NCBI GenBank assembly: GCA_049967655.1
Contig: JBMFSH010000001.1
Span: forward strand, 1 to 64,000
Origin: Acidobacteriota bacterium
GTDB taxonomy: Bacteria; Acidobacteriota; UBA4820; DSQY01
Length of the DNA stretch: 64,000 nucleotides
Reading direction: 5' to 3'
This document shows, in pieces, positions 14,566-23,969 of this stretch. A program made the translations under genes and the position numbers. Numbering within the stretch: position 1 is the first letter of the stretch; every line of letters begins with the position of its first letter. The notes below the pieces were generated by a model that did not search any database, had not been told where the DNA came from, and saw only the letters and a program-made list of their open reading frames with translations.

Positions 14566-14961
14566 TTAGGGCTTGGCGCCCTGCTCGATCCAGGCCTTGA
14601 TCGTCTTCATGTCCTTCTGGTCCAGACTTTTGGCCCAGAACCAGCCCTTGGGCATGCCCGCCCCCTTCTTGGCGGTGTGCTCCAGCTTCTGCCAGAGGTA
14701 CGAGTTTGCCGGGTCCCCAGGCTTCACCCTCACGATGGAGGGTATTTCGGCCGAAGACATGTTCACGAGCTCCTGGTAGGCCGTCTCCGGGCTCAGGTTC
14801 AGGCGAGCCTTTTGCTTCTTGGGTCCATGGCAGTCGACGCAGTGGTGGTCGAAGATGGGCTGTACGTCCCTCTTGAAGGAGACTTCGCCCGGCGCGGCTA
14901 CCAAGGTAAGGGCGCACAATCCGAGGAGTGATCCCAGAATCCAGTGTCTTGCATTCAGCAT
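14566..14961 (-). CDS. Monoheme c-type cytochrome (Planctomycete cytochrome c-like domain)
   Basis: Signal peptide, VSF.RDVQPIF..HCVDCHG (CxxCH), VKPGDPANSYL, MP distal ligand and WIEQGA; GGAGG RBS. Confidence 0.88.
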   Translation of the reverse strand: MLNARHWILGSLLGLCALTLVAAPGEVSFKRDVQPIFDHHCVDCHGPKKQKARLNLSPETAYQELVNMSSAEIPSIVRVKPGDPANSYLWQKLEHTAKKGAGMPKGWFWAKSLDQKDMKTIKAWIEQGAKP

Positions 14962-15203
14962 ACTCAACCTCCGCACAACGCAACACTCAGAGGCGCCCGG
15001 CCATTCCGCCGGGCACCCTGGGTCACCGCCGCCTGGTTATTTCTAAATGGCTCCCTCCTGTCTCATTCGTACGATCTTACACTAACACCTCCCGTCCATG
15101 GACGCCAGCACTGGTCAGAGGGCACACCGCCGTTTCCGGCTCCTGACCGAGGGGTGGTAGACTAAAACTCACGTCCTTCGGGACACCAGGAGGGAATCGA
15201 GCC

Positions 15204-17873
15204 ATGCGCGCCACGCCGCACCCCATCATCGATCTAAAGGTCGAGAAGCACGTCCTTGGGAACGGACTGACCGTCCTTCTCCATGAGGACCACCGGTTGC
15301 CTCAGGCCGCCGTAAACGTCTGGTACCACGTGGGCAGCAAGGACGAGGCACCCGGCAAGACGGGCTTCGCGCACCTCTTCGAACACATGATGTTCCAGGG
15401 CAGCGAGCACTATCCGGACGACTTCTTCAAGCCCATGGAGGAGATCGGGGGAAGGCTCAACGGCTCCACCAGCGAGGACCGCACCAACTACTGGGAGGTG
15501 GTCCCCGTGGCCTACCTGGAGCGCGCCCTGTGGCTCGAATCGGACCGGATGGGGCACCTCCTTCCCGCCATGGACCAGGCCAAGCTGGACAATCAGCGTG
15601 AGGTGGTAAAAAACGAACGACGGCAGACCGTGGACAATGAACCCTACGGCGTGGCCGAAGAGGCCCTGCTGGAAGCGCTCTATCCGGTGGGCCACCCCTA
15701 TCACCACTCGGTCATCGGCTCCATGTCCGATCTGGACCGGGCCACCCTGGAGGACGTGAAGGACTTTTTCCGGCGATTCTATACCCCCAACAACGCCTCC
15801 CTCTGCCTGGCGGGAGATATCGAGCCGGCGTCCGCCCTGGCGATGGCGGAGAGATACTTCGGCTCCATTCCACAGGGGCCTGTGGTGTCGCCCGTGAGGG
15901 CTGACGTTCCGGTCCTGTCCAAGCCGAACCGCGTCACCGTGAGGGACAAGGTCAAGCTCCCCCGGCTGCACCTCCAGTGGCCCACCCCGTGCCAACTGAC
16001 GCAGGAGGATGCCACTCTCTCCGTGCTGGCCTACATCCTCGCCACGGGAAAGGACTCCAGGCTCGTCAAGCGCCTCCAGGTGGAGAACCACATGGCCCAA
16101 TCCCTATGGGCCTACCAGGGCAGCGGCGAGGTGTCGGGCAGCTTCCTCATCGCCGTCACCGCTCAGCCGGACCAGGAGTTGGGGCAGATCGAGGAGGCGG
16201 CGTGGGAGGAGCTGGAGAGGCTGAAGGTTTACGGTGTCGAGGAGGAGGAGGTGCGGGCCGCGGTGGATTCCGTGAAGGCCGGCCTCATCAGGCGCCTGCA
16301 AACCGTGGGGGGCTTCGGCGGCATCAGCGACATGCTCAACTACTATCAGACCTTCACGGGTGACCCCAAGGCACTGTCCGCCGATCTCATGCGGTACGAG
16401 GCCGTCACTCCCGCCCTGGTGCGGGACGCCGCCAGGGACTTCCTGCCGGATCAACGCTACTCCATGGTGGCGGTGATGCCCGAGGCCGCGCTTCCCTCCG
16501 AGGTCCAACGGGTGGTCATGCCCGGAGCCGGCCCGGACCGGGACTTCTCGCTTCCCAAGGCGGAGCGTCTCTCCCTGGCTAACGGCGCGTCCCTGTGCGT
16601 CCTCCCGCAGCACGGGCTGCCCCTGGTCACGGTGACCGCGGTCATGCGGGCCGGCGCCACGGCCGATCCTCCCGATGGTCCAGGGCTGGCCCACTTCGTG
16701 GCCGACCTTCTGGACGAATCCGCGGCGGGGATGGGCCCGGTGGAGCTGGCCAAGCGCCAGAAAAGCCTCGCCACCTCCCTGTCCACCACGACGGAATATG
16801 ACCAAATCAGCCTTTCGCTCACGCTGCTCACGGAGCACTTCGAAGGGGGGCTCGGCCTGTTGGCCGACATCCTTCAACGGCCCGAGTTCCGATCAGAGGA
16901 TCTGGATCGGCTGAAAAAGGCGCACCTCTCCACCTTGGTGCGCCAGCTCGACGAGGCCTCCGAGCTTGGAGACAGGATGCTGCGAGCGGCGCTGCATGGA
17001 GAGCGAACTCCTTACGGCCATCCGTCGGACGGCACCACGGCCGCCCTGGAATCCTTCACGAGGGACCAGGTGCTGGCCTTCTACGAGACCCACTACGGGC
17101 CGGAGAACCTGCTGCTCGTGGTGGTCGGGGACGTCTCCGTGGAGCAGGTGAAGGAGGCGGCGGCCTCCTGTTTCGGCCGGTGGGCTCCCGGGAAGGCCTC
17201 CCCGGCGACCCCTCCGGTTGAAGAGGAGCGCAGGGCACGCCCCGGCCTTCTTCTCGTGGACAAACCCGGTGCACATCAGTCCTATATCACGGCGGCGGCT
17301 CCCGCCCTCTCTCGCCAGGATCCCCGCTACCCCGCCTTCCTGGTTTTCAATGCCGTCCTGGGCGGCCAGTTCACCAGCAGGATCAACATGAACCTACGGG
17401 AGGACAAGGGGTACACCTACGGCGCGCGCTCCCACACCGACGCCAAACATGGCATCATGCCCTGGGTGTTCTACACGGCCGTACAGGCCGACAAGACCGT
17501 GGAAAGCCTCCTGGAAGCGAAAGGCGAGGTGAGCCGCATCGGGCATGAGCGGCCCGTGAGCATGGAGGAGTTTTCCAACGCCCGGGCCAATCTGGTGCTC
17601 CGGTTCCCGCAGGGCTTCGAAACCCAGGGACAGCTGGCGCAGATGCTTGGTTCCCTGTGGGTCTACGGGCTTCCCGAGGACTACCACGAACGCCTGCTGG
17701 CCCGCCTCAAGGCCCTGAGCCTCGAGGATGTCCGCGAGGCCGCCGCGCGAGTGGTGGATCCCCAGGACCTCCTCTGGGTGGTTGTGGGAGACCGCGCTTC
17801 CCTGGAAGAGCAGCTCCCGAAGGCGGAAATGGGAAGGCCCGTCCTGGCCTGGCCGCCCGGTGTGGGTCCATGA
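15204..17873 (+). CDS. M16 (pitrilysin-like) zinc peptidase, four-domain
   Basis: HLFEH (HxxEH), NGSTSEDRTNY, VVKNER and RINMNLREDKGYTYG; no signal peptide seen. Confidence 0.95.
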   Translation: MRATPHPIIDLKVEKHVLGNGLTVLLHEDHRLPQAAVNVWYHVGSKDEAPGKTGFAHLFEHMMFQGSEHYPDDFFKPMEEIGGRLNGSTSEDRTNYWEVVPVAYLERALWLESDRMGHLLPAMDQAKLDNQREVVKNERRQTVDNEPYGVAEEALLEALYPVGHPYHHSVIGSMSDLDRATLEDVKDFFRRFYTPNNASLCLAGDIEPASALAMAERYFGSIPQGPVVSPVRADVPVLSKPNRVTVRDKVKLPRLHLQWPTPCQLTQEDATLSVLAYILATGKDSRLVKRLQVENHMAQSLWAYQGSGEVSGSFLIAVTAQPDQELGQIEEAAWEELERLKVYGVEEEEVRAAVDSVKAGLIRRLQTVGGFGGISDMLNYYQTFTGDPKALSADLMRYEAVTPALVRDAARDFLPDQRYSMVAVMPEAALPSEVQRVVMPGAGPDRDFSLPKAERLSLANGASLCVLPQHGLPLVTVTAVMRAGATADPPDGPGLAHFVADLLDESAAGMGPVELAKRQKSLATSLSTTTEYDQISLSLTLLTEHFEGGLGLLADILQRPEFRSEDLDRLKKAHLSTLVRQLDEASELGDRMLRAALHGERTPYGHPSDGTTAALESFTRDQVLAFYETHYGPENLLLVVVGDVSVEQVKEAAASCFGRWAPGKASPATPPVEEERRARPGLLLVDKPGAHQSYITAAAPALSRQDPRYPAFLVFNAVLGGQFTSRINMNLREDKGYTYGARSHTDAKHGIMPWVFYTAVQADKTVESLLEAKGEVSRIGHERPVSMEEFSNARANLVLRFPQGFETQGQLAQMLGSLWVYGLPEDYHERLLARLKALSLEDVREAAARVVDPQDLLWVVVGDRASLEEQLPKAEMGRPVLAWPPGVGP

Positions 17874-17918
17874 GGCCCGCCTAGGGCTTTTTTCGCCGTC
17901 CCGACGGGCGCTGGGCCC

Positions 17919-18611
17919 TCACCAGCGGAATCCGACGCTCGCCGTGAGGACCACGGGGTTCAGCCTCAAGGTGTAGCTGCCCGAGCGGACGAGGTAGAGC
18001 GCGCCGCCGGCCTGGTAGGGAAGGTACTTGTCCATCCTGAGCCCGTTGTCCATGTACTTGGCGTTGACGTCAAAGAGGAGGGGCCCGCTCAACCGGTAAG
18101 AGACGCCCGCCTGAAAAGCGGTGCCGAGGGTGCCGGAACCGACCCCGCCGGCGGGCGTGGCCAGGAACCCGCCCGGGCCTTCGCCGATCCAGACTTCCTT
18201 GCCCGGCAAGCTAGGCGTATAAAGCACGTTGAACCCGGCGCCCACGTAAGGATTCCAGCGGCTGTTGGCCAGGAAGGCAAACTGGAGGGAGAAGGTGAAG
18301 GACTGGACCCCGAAGCTCTCCTTGATCCCGGCGTAGGGCGGAATCCACCGGGTGCTGCTCACGTCGAGGTTCGAGTAGAGGTAGTTGAGGTTCCAGGCGA
18401 AATGGTCGCCCAGGTGATGGGTGTAGTCGATGCTCAGGCCCGCCGCCGATCCCACGCTCACGTGGCTGGCGCTCTCGTTGGGCGTGATGTAGCTTCCGCC
18501 GAGGCGCAATTCCCCTCCTAAGAGGAATCCCACTTGGGCCTGGAACGACAGGCCCCCGGCCAGGCAGGCCAGGAACGCGAACACCGCAGCCTGAAGCTTG
18601 CATCTGCTCAT
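17919..18611 (-). CDS. OmpW-like outer-membrane beta-barrel protein
   Basis: Signal peptide, NPYVGAG, QAGVSY, DVNAKY and LNPVVLTASVGFRW ending in an aromatic residue; AGGAGG RBS. Confidence 0.8.
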   Translation of the reverse strand: MSRCKLQAAVFAFLACLAGGLSFQAQVGFLLGGELRLGGSYITPNESASHVSVGSAAGLSIDYTHHLGDHFAWNLNYLYSNLDVSSTRWIPPYAGIKESFGVQSFTFSLQFAFLANSRWNPYVGAGFNVLYTPSLPGKEVWIGEGPGGFLATPAGGVGSGTLGTAFQAGVSYRLSGPLLFDVNAKYMDNGLRMDKYLPYQAGGALYLVRSGSYTLRLNPVVLTASVGFRW

Positions 18612-18762
18612 GGGTACCTCCTGCGAGACTGAAAGTATACGCCACTCCCGGACTTGGTTTCGCGCTGCCGGCGGCCTCATGTACGAGGTCAAGAACGCGG
18701 GTAAGGGCAATCTGAGGCAGCGGTCTCTGGCAAACGGGGTGGGGGTAATGCGGCGGCCCGCC

Positions 18763-19410
18763 TCAGCCCCAATCGCGGACGGCGCGGAGTCCGGCCAGCT
18801 CCGAGGGCGACCGCAGGATGCTGCGCGCGGGGAGGCCGTCTAGAGACGAGAGTCCACCGTAACCCCAGGCGGCGAAGTGGAAGGGGCACCGTGCGGCCAG
18901 CGCCGTGAGGCCATCCAGGCGGGTGTCGCCCACGAAGGCCGTCTCCCCGGGCGCCGTCCCCAGCCGCCGGCACAGCTCCAGGAGCATGGCCGGATCGGGC
19001 TTCGCGGGGAAGCCCTCCTCGGCGCCGAGCACTTCGTCGAACAGCTTTTCCCAGCCCAGCCCCGCGACCACCTTCCGGGCATAGGGCCCCTTCTTCATCG
19101 TGCACACGGCCATGGGAACCTCGCCGGCCAGGCTCCTGAGAGAGGCATCGACGCCGGCGAAGGGGCGGGTGTTGTCGAGGCAGTGGACTTCGTACCAGGC
19201 GCGGAAGTGGCGGGCCCCCTCGGGGCCCATGGCCGGGTCTCCCAGGAGCTGGGCGAAGCACTCCTCCAGACGGGTTCCGATGGTGGAGAGAAGCCGCTCC
19301 CGCGGGGGCAGCGGCACCCCGAGGGCGTTGAAGGCGGCCTCGTAGGCCCGCAGGATGTCCCCCTGGCTGTCCACGAGGGTCCCGTCCAGATCGAAGATGA
19401 TGGCTTTCAT
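18763..19410 (-). CDS. HAD-family hydrolase (phosphoglycolate phosphatase-like)
   Basis: FDLDGTLVDS, KPDP and FVGDT..D. Confidence 0.9.
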   Translation of the reverse strand: MKAIIFDLDGTLVDSQGDILRAYEAAFNALGVPLPPRERLLSTIGTRLEECFAQLLGDPAMGPEGARHFRAWYEVHCLDNTRPFAGVDASLRSLAGEVPMAVCTMKKGPYARKVVAGLGWEKLFDEVLGAEEGFPAKPDPAMLLELCRRLGTAPGETAFVGDTRLDGLTALAARCPFHFAAWGYGGLSSLDGLPARSILRSPSELAGLRAVRDWG

Positions 19411-19424
19411 GGGGGAAGTCCTTC

Positions 19425-19485
19425 GAGAGATTCGGGATGAGGGGATGAGGAGAGGCCGAGATGAGGAAAGGCCGAGACGCGACGA
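19425..19485. repeat. Degenerate 8-mer tandem repeat
   Basis: GGGGATGA GGAGAGGC CGAGATGA GGAAAGGC CGAGACGC in an intergenic gap. Confidence 0.5.
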
Positions 19486-19527
19486 CCGCGGTTTCGGTCC
19501 CCCTCTCCTCAACACCCCCGCCCGGCC

Positions 19528-20895
19528 CTACTCCAGGTCGTACTTCTTGAGCCGGTAGCGGAGGGTGTCCCGGGTGAGGCCGAGCAGGCGCGCGGCCCGG
19601 GTCTGGTTCCCGCCGGTGCGCTTGAGGGCCTGCTCGATGAGGCTCCTCTCCACATCTTCCAGCACCACGCCTCCAGGCGGCAGCGTGAAAGTCTGCTCCA
19701 CGGGCTGGTAGGGCTCCTGCACCAGAATCTCCCTGGGCAGATCGGGAAGGTCGATGATCTCCTTGTTCTCCAGGATCATGACCCGTTCGATGAGGTTCTT
19801 GAGCTCGCGGATGTTTCCTGGCCAAGGGTACTCCATGAGAGCCTGCATGGCCGCGTGGCTCACGCCGCGGGTCGCCTTCTTGAACTCCCGGTTGAAGTGG
19901 TCGATGAAGTGTTTCACCAGCAGGGGAACGTCTTCGGGCCGCTCCCTGAGGGGCGGCAGCACGATGGGGATCACCTTGAGGCGGTAGTAGAGGTCCTTGC
20001 GGAACCGGCCTTCCGAGACGGCCTGGTCCAGGTTGGCGTTGGTCGCCGCCACGATGCGGACGTCCACGCGGATGTCCACCGTTCCCCCTACCCGCTTGAA
20101 GGTGCGGTCCTCGAGGAACCGCAGAACCTTGGACTGAAGGTTGGGGCCGATCTCCCCGATCTCGTCCAGAAAGACCGTGCCCCCGTCGGCCAGCTCGAAG
20201 AGCCCCTTCTTGGCCGCCTTGGCCTCCTCGAATGCTCCTCGTTCGTGGCCGAAGAGCTCGCTCTCCAGAAGCGCCTCGGGAAGCGCGGAACAGGTGAGGT
20301 TCATGAAGGGTTTCTTGGCCCTGTCACTGGCGTAGTGGAGGGTGTTGGCGAGCAGGTCCTTGCCCGTTCCGCTCTCGCCCTGGAGGAGCACCGTCGTCGC
20401 CGAGGAGGCGGCGATCTTCTTGACCAGCTCGAACACCTCCACGATCCGGGCGTTGCGGCCCACCAGGTTGCCCATGCCGAAGCGCTCTTCCTGAGCCCGC
20501 CGGTAGCGCCCCAGCTCGCGCTTCAGGGAGGTGGTCTCCAGGGCCTTCTGGATGGTCACCAGGAGCTCCTCGATCTCGAAGGGCTTGTTGAGGTAGTCGA
20601 AGGCCCCCAGTTTCATGGCCTCGATGGCGCTCTCGACGGTTGAGTAGGCCGTCATCATGATTACCGGGAGGTCCCTGAACTTGGGCCCCACGATCTTGAG
20701 GAGCTGGAGGCCGTCCATGTCCGGCAGACGGTAGTCCAGCAGGATCAGATCGATCTCCTGCTCCTCCAAGGCCTTAAGCGCGTCGCTGCCGCGGTCCACC
20801 TCGGCCACCACGTATCCCTCCTTGTTGAGGCGGTTGGCAAGTGACCAGCGGATGAGCTTCTCGTCCTCGACGAGCAGAATTTTCTCTTTCGCCAT
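19528..20895 (-). CDS. NtrC/AtoC-family response regulator (REC-AAA+-Fis HTH) with a GAFEEA loop
   Basis: LVEDE..D..K receiver, GESGTGKD, ESELFGHERGAFEEA, FLDEIG, RIVAATN, FRKDLYYRL, WPGNIREL and an HTH. Confidence 0.95.
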   Translation of the reverse strand: MAKEKILLVEDEKLIRWSLANRLNKEGYVVAEVDRGSDALKALEEQEIDLILLDYRLPDMDGLQLLKIVGPKFRDLPVIMMTAYSTVESAIEAMKLGAFDYLNKPFEIEELLVTIQKALETTSLKRELGRYRRAQEERFGMGNLVGRNARIVEVFELVKKIAASSATTVLLQGESGTGKDLLANTLHYASDRAKKPFMNLTCSALPEALLESELFGHERGAFEEAKAAKKGLFELADGGTVFLDEIGEIGPNLQSKVLRFLEDRTFKRVGGTVDIRVDVRIVAATNANLDQAVSEGRFRKDLYYRLKVIPIVLPPLRERPEDVPLLVKHFIDHFNREFKKATRGVSHAAMQALMEYPWPGNIRELKNLIERVMILENKEIIDLPDLPREILVQEPYQPVEQTFTLPPGGVVLEDVERSLIEQALKRTGGNQTRAARLLGLTRDTLRYRLKKYDLE

Positions 20896-23159
20896 CAGGC
20901 ACTCCGTGCGTCAGCGGGCAAATAGACGGTGAAGGTGGTTCCCTTTCCCACTTGGGAGGCCATCTCGATGCGGCCCCCGTGGGCGTTAATGATGCGCTGG
21001 ACGATCGACAGCCCCAGGCCCGTTCCGATGTGCTTGGTCGTAAAGAAGGGCTGGAAGATCTGCTTCTGGGCCTGCGGTGGAATCCCGGCGCCGGTGTCGC
21101 TCACCTCCAGGGCGAGCTCCCCGCCGCACTGCCGGGCCGACACGCGGACCGATCCGCCCGGTGCCGGCACCGCCTGGATGGCGTTGAGGATCAGGTTGAT
21201 CAACACCTGCTGGATCTGCTGGGGATCGGCGAGGACGTTCGGGAGGTCCTCGGGAATGGACTGGAAGAGCGACACTCCAGCCTCCGCGGCGCTCTCCTGG
21301 ACGAAGGGAAGGGACGATTCCACCACCAGCGTGAGCGGCAGGGGTTCCCGTCGAAGGATGACGGGCTTGGCGAAGGCCAACAGGTCCTTCACGAGGCTGT
21401 CCAGCCTCCTCAGTTGCTGGAAGGCCTCCTGGAAGAGAGCGAACCGCGGGTCACCGGGCACGTGCACCCCCCGCATCATCTCCATGGCGCCCTTGAGCCC
21501 GGCGATGGGGTTCTTGATTTCGTGCGCCACGCTCGCGGCCAGGCGGCCGATCTCCGCCAGGTGCTCGGCCTGGGACAGCTCGCGCTGGAGCCGTTTGAGC
21601 TCGGTGACCTCCTTCAGGACGAGCGAGGCACCGGGTTCGCCCGCGATGGGGTCCTGGATCTCCGTCCGGGTCACGAGCAGGTCCGTGTAGCAGTCGCAGG
21701 CCCGCGGGATGCGGGCCTCGAACCGCATGGTGCCGCTCGGCTCCTGGCCGCTGGAGATCTCTTGGATGGCACCTGGGGGCAGAAAATCCTCTATGGGGTG
21801 GCCCAGGGCGTCCTTGGCCTCCACGCCGAAAAGGGCGCTGGCTCCCCGGTTCCAGGAGGCGATCCTGCCCTTGGCGTCCAGCGTGACCAGGCCATCCATG
21901 GAGGACTGCAGGATGGAGAGGAGGTACTGGTCCCGGCTGGCCACCTCCTTCTTGAGCGCCTCCTCCACCCGGAGGTCGTTGCAGAACCCCATGGTGCCGA
22001 TCAGCTTGCCCTGTTCGTCCTTCAGCAGGGAAAAGGTCACGCGGATGGGAACGAACTCTCCCGACTTGGCCTTGAAGGCCGTCTCCACGTCGGGCCAGAC
22101 CTCCCGCTTCAGCAACATCCTCATGACGCGGTCGGCGTCCGCCTTCCCGCGCTGGTAGAAGTCCGCGACCGGCTTGCGGAGCACCTCCGATTCCGCGTAG
22201 CCGAATATCCTTTCCGCCGTCCGGTTGAAGAGGGTGATCCTGCCCTTCAGGTCGGTGGAGATGATGCCGTTGACGGAGGAGTTGAAGATGTTCCGAACCA
22301 GCTCCTGAGTCCGTGCGAGGGCACGCAGGGTGTCCTGCTGGGCCGTGATGTCCAGGTAGATCTCGATGACGTGCCTGCCCTTCAACTGCCCGCCCGAAAT
22401 GGGCCGCGTGACCTTGAGGAAGTCGCGCATGCTCTCGCCCGCCTTGGCGCGGACGAGGTGGCGCATGGGTGTGGAGCCCTCCAGGACGTAGCAGACGGAG
22501 CAGCGCGAACACTCCGCCGCCTCGTGCGCGAGGACCTCCTGGCAGGGCCGGCCCACGGCCAGCTCGGGACGGACGCGCAGCAGCTCCTTGGGCATGGTCG
22601 CGTTCAGCCAGACCACCTTGAGCTGTTCGTCCAGGAGTACGATGCCCACGTCGATGCCAGAGAGGATCTGATTCAGCAGGCCGTACTCCTCCCAGGTCCT
22701 GGCCGCATTCGCTTCGGTGGCCGCGATCTTGGCCTGGGCCGAGGCGGCCCGCTCCTCCACCGCGGTCTGATAGCATTCCAGCAGGATGTAGGAGCCCTCG
22801 CGGAACGTATCCGCGACCAGTTCGCGGAAAGTCTCCTTGCCGGGAAGGCGTGAGTCGGCCAGGCGTTCGAGCAGGAGGTGCTCCCCCACCGCCACGGCGC
22901 GGGAGACGTCGGTCAGGCGGATCTGTTCCGACAGCCGACGGCGAGCGAGCTCGCTGTAGAAGTCGAACATGAGGTTCTGGGTGCCGTGGTCCCAGTAGTG
23001 CCGCAGGGCCGCGAGGTGGCGGCTCACCTGGGCGTGGATGCCCGAGGCCTCCATCCCCACGTAGGCCTGGATTTCGCGCTGGATGCCGCTCACCCACGCG
23101 TTCAGCAAGGGCTCCGCCACCTGGTCTATCCAATGGAGAAACCGCTGGTGGCGCGACAC
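20895..23159 (-). CDS. Multi-PAS sensor histidine kinase with an N-terminal RsbRD-like helical domain
   Basis: Three PAS domains, AHEIKNP, NLILNAIQA, DTGAGI, FQPFFTTK and GTGLGL; GTG start after AAGGAG, just past the upstream stop. Confidence 0.9.
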   Translation of the reverse strand: MSRHQRFLHWIDQVAEPLLNAWVSGIQREIQAYVGMEASGIHAQVSRHLAALRHYWDHGTQNLMFDFYSELARRRLSEQIRLTDVSRAVAVGEHLLLERLADSRLPGKETFRELVADTFREGSYILLECYQTAVEERAASAQAKIAATEANAARTWEEYGLLNQILSGIDVGIVLLDEQLKVVWLNATMPKELLRVRPELAVGRPCQEVLAHEAAECSRCSVCYVLEGSTPMRHLVRAKAGESMRDFLKVTRPISGGQLKGRHVIEIYLDITAQQDTLRALARTQELVRNIFNSSVNGIISTDLKGRITLFNRTAERIFGYAESEVLRKPVADFYQRGKADADRVMRMLLKREVWPDVETAFKAKSGEFVPIRVTFSLLKDEQGKLIGTMGFCNDLRVEEALKKEVASRDQYLLSILQSSMDGLVTLDAKGRIASWNRGASALFGVEAKDALGHPIEDFLPPGAIQEISSGQEPSGTMRFEARIPRACDCYTDLLVTRTEIQDPIAGEPGASLVLKEVTELKRLQRELSQAEHLAEIGRLAASVAHEIKNPIAGLKGAMEMMRGVHVPGDPRFALFQEAFQQLRRLDSLVKDLLAFAKPVILRREPLPLTLVVESSLPFVQESAAEAGVSLFQSIPEDLPNVLADPQQIQQVLINLILNAIQAVPAPGGSVRVSARQCGGELALEVSDTGAGIPPQAQKQIFQPFFTTKHIGTGLGLSIVQRIINAHGGRIEMASQVGKGTTFTVYLPADARSA

Positions 23160-23173
23160 GAACCGCTTCTCCT

Positions 23174-23959
23174 TCAGCTGGGTTTCCAGTTCGGCCTCCT
23201 CTTTTCGAAGAACGCCGCCAGGCCCTCGTGCATGTCCGGGCCCGTCCGGGCGAGGAGGTTGACTCGGACGGCGAGTTCCAGGGCGGCCGACGTGGAGAGG
23301 CCGGAGGCGTGCCAAAGTAGCTCCTTCGTGTAGGCCAGCGAGTCGGGGGAGCCGGCTCCCGTGGCCTCGGCGAGCGAGAGCGCCTCCTCCAGGAGCCGTT
23401 CGCGAGGGACGACCCGGTTCACCAGCCCGAGCTCGCGCGCCCGTTCGGAGGAGACCGGAGTGCCGGTGATGAGCAGCTCGCGGGCCGCCCGGTCTCCGAT
23501 CTGCCTCGCCAGGATCACGGAGACCATGGCGGCCACGAATCCGATGCGCACTTCGGGGTAGCCGAAGGAGGCCTCGGGTTCGGCCAAGATCAGGTCGCAG
23601 AGGGTGGCAAGCCCGCAGCCGCCCGCCAGCGCCGGCCCGTTCACCGCGGCGATGACGGGTTTTGGGCACATGGCCAATGAACGGTACAGCCCGAGCAGCC
23701 GCAGGCCGTCCCGGGTGTTGCTCTCGGGGGTAGCCTCCTGAAGAGACTGGAGGCTCCTGAGATCGGCGCCAGCGCAGAAGCTACGGCCGGAGCCCGTGAG
23801 GATCAGCGTACGGATACCCGCCTCCCGGGCGGCCCTGTCCACGGCTCCGGTCAGGGCCTCCACGAGCTCGCCGTTCAGGGCGTTCCTCGATTCCGGCCTG
23901 TTGAGGGTGAGGATTCGCACCGCGCCGCGGGTGGCCTCGAGTACCGTGGGTTCCTTCAT
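23174..23959 (-). CDS. Enoyl-CoA hydratase/crotonase (methylglutaconyl-CoA hydratase-like)
   Basis: LNRPESRNAL, FCAGADL, KPVIAAVNG.ALAGGCGL and FGYPEVRIG; next to a carboxylase beta subunit. Confidence 0.9.
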   Translation of the reverse strand: MKEPTVLEATRGAVRILTLNRPESRNALNGELVEALTGAVDRAAREAGIRTLILTGSGRSFCAGADLRSLQSLQEATPESNTRDGLRLLGLYRSLAMCPKPVIAAVNGPALAGGCGLATLCDLILAEPEASFGYPEVRIGFVAAMVSVILARQIGDRAARELLITGTPVSSERARELGLVNRVVPRERLLEEALSLAEATGAGSPDSLAYTKELLWHASGLSTSAALELAVRVNLLARTGPDMHEGLAAFFEKRRPNWKPS

Positions 23960-23969
23960 CGCTGCTCCC

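Noticed and set aside
14962..15203. Possible riboswitch upstream of the cytochrome c gene
   Set aside because: One hairpin (GCCCGGC..GCCGGGC) is present, but there is no aptamer consensus; it fits a divergent promoter region
23160..23669. 170-aa N-terminal extension of the PAS kinase in the ORF track
   Set aside because: It overlaps the crotonase gene in another frame, and AAGGAG plus GTG at 23159 gives a normal start; similar over-extensions were trimmed for several other genes
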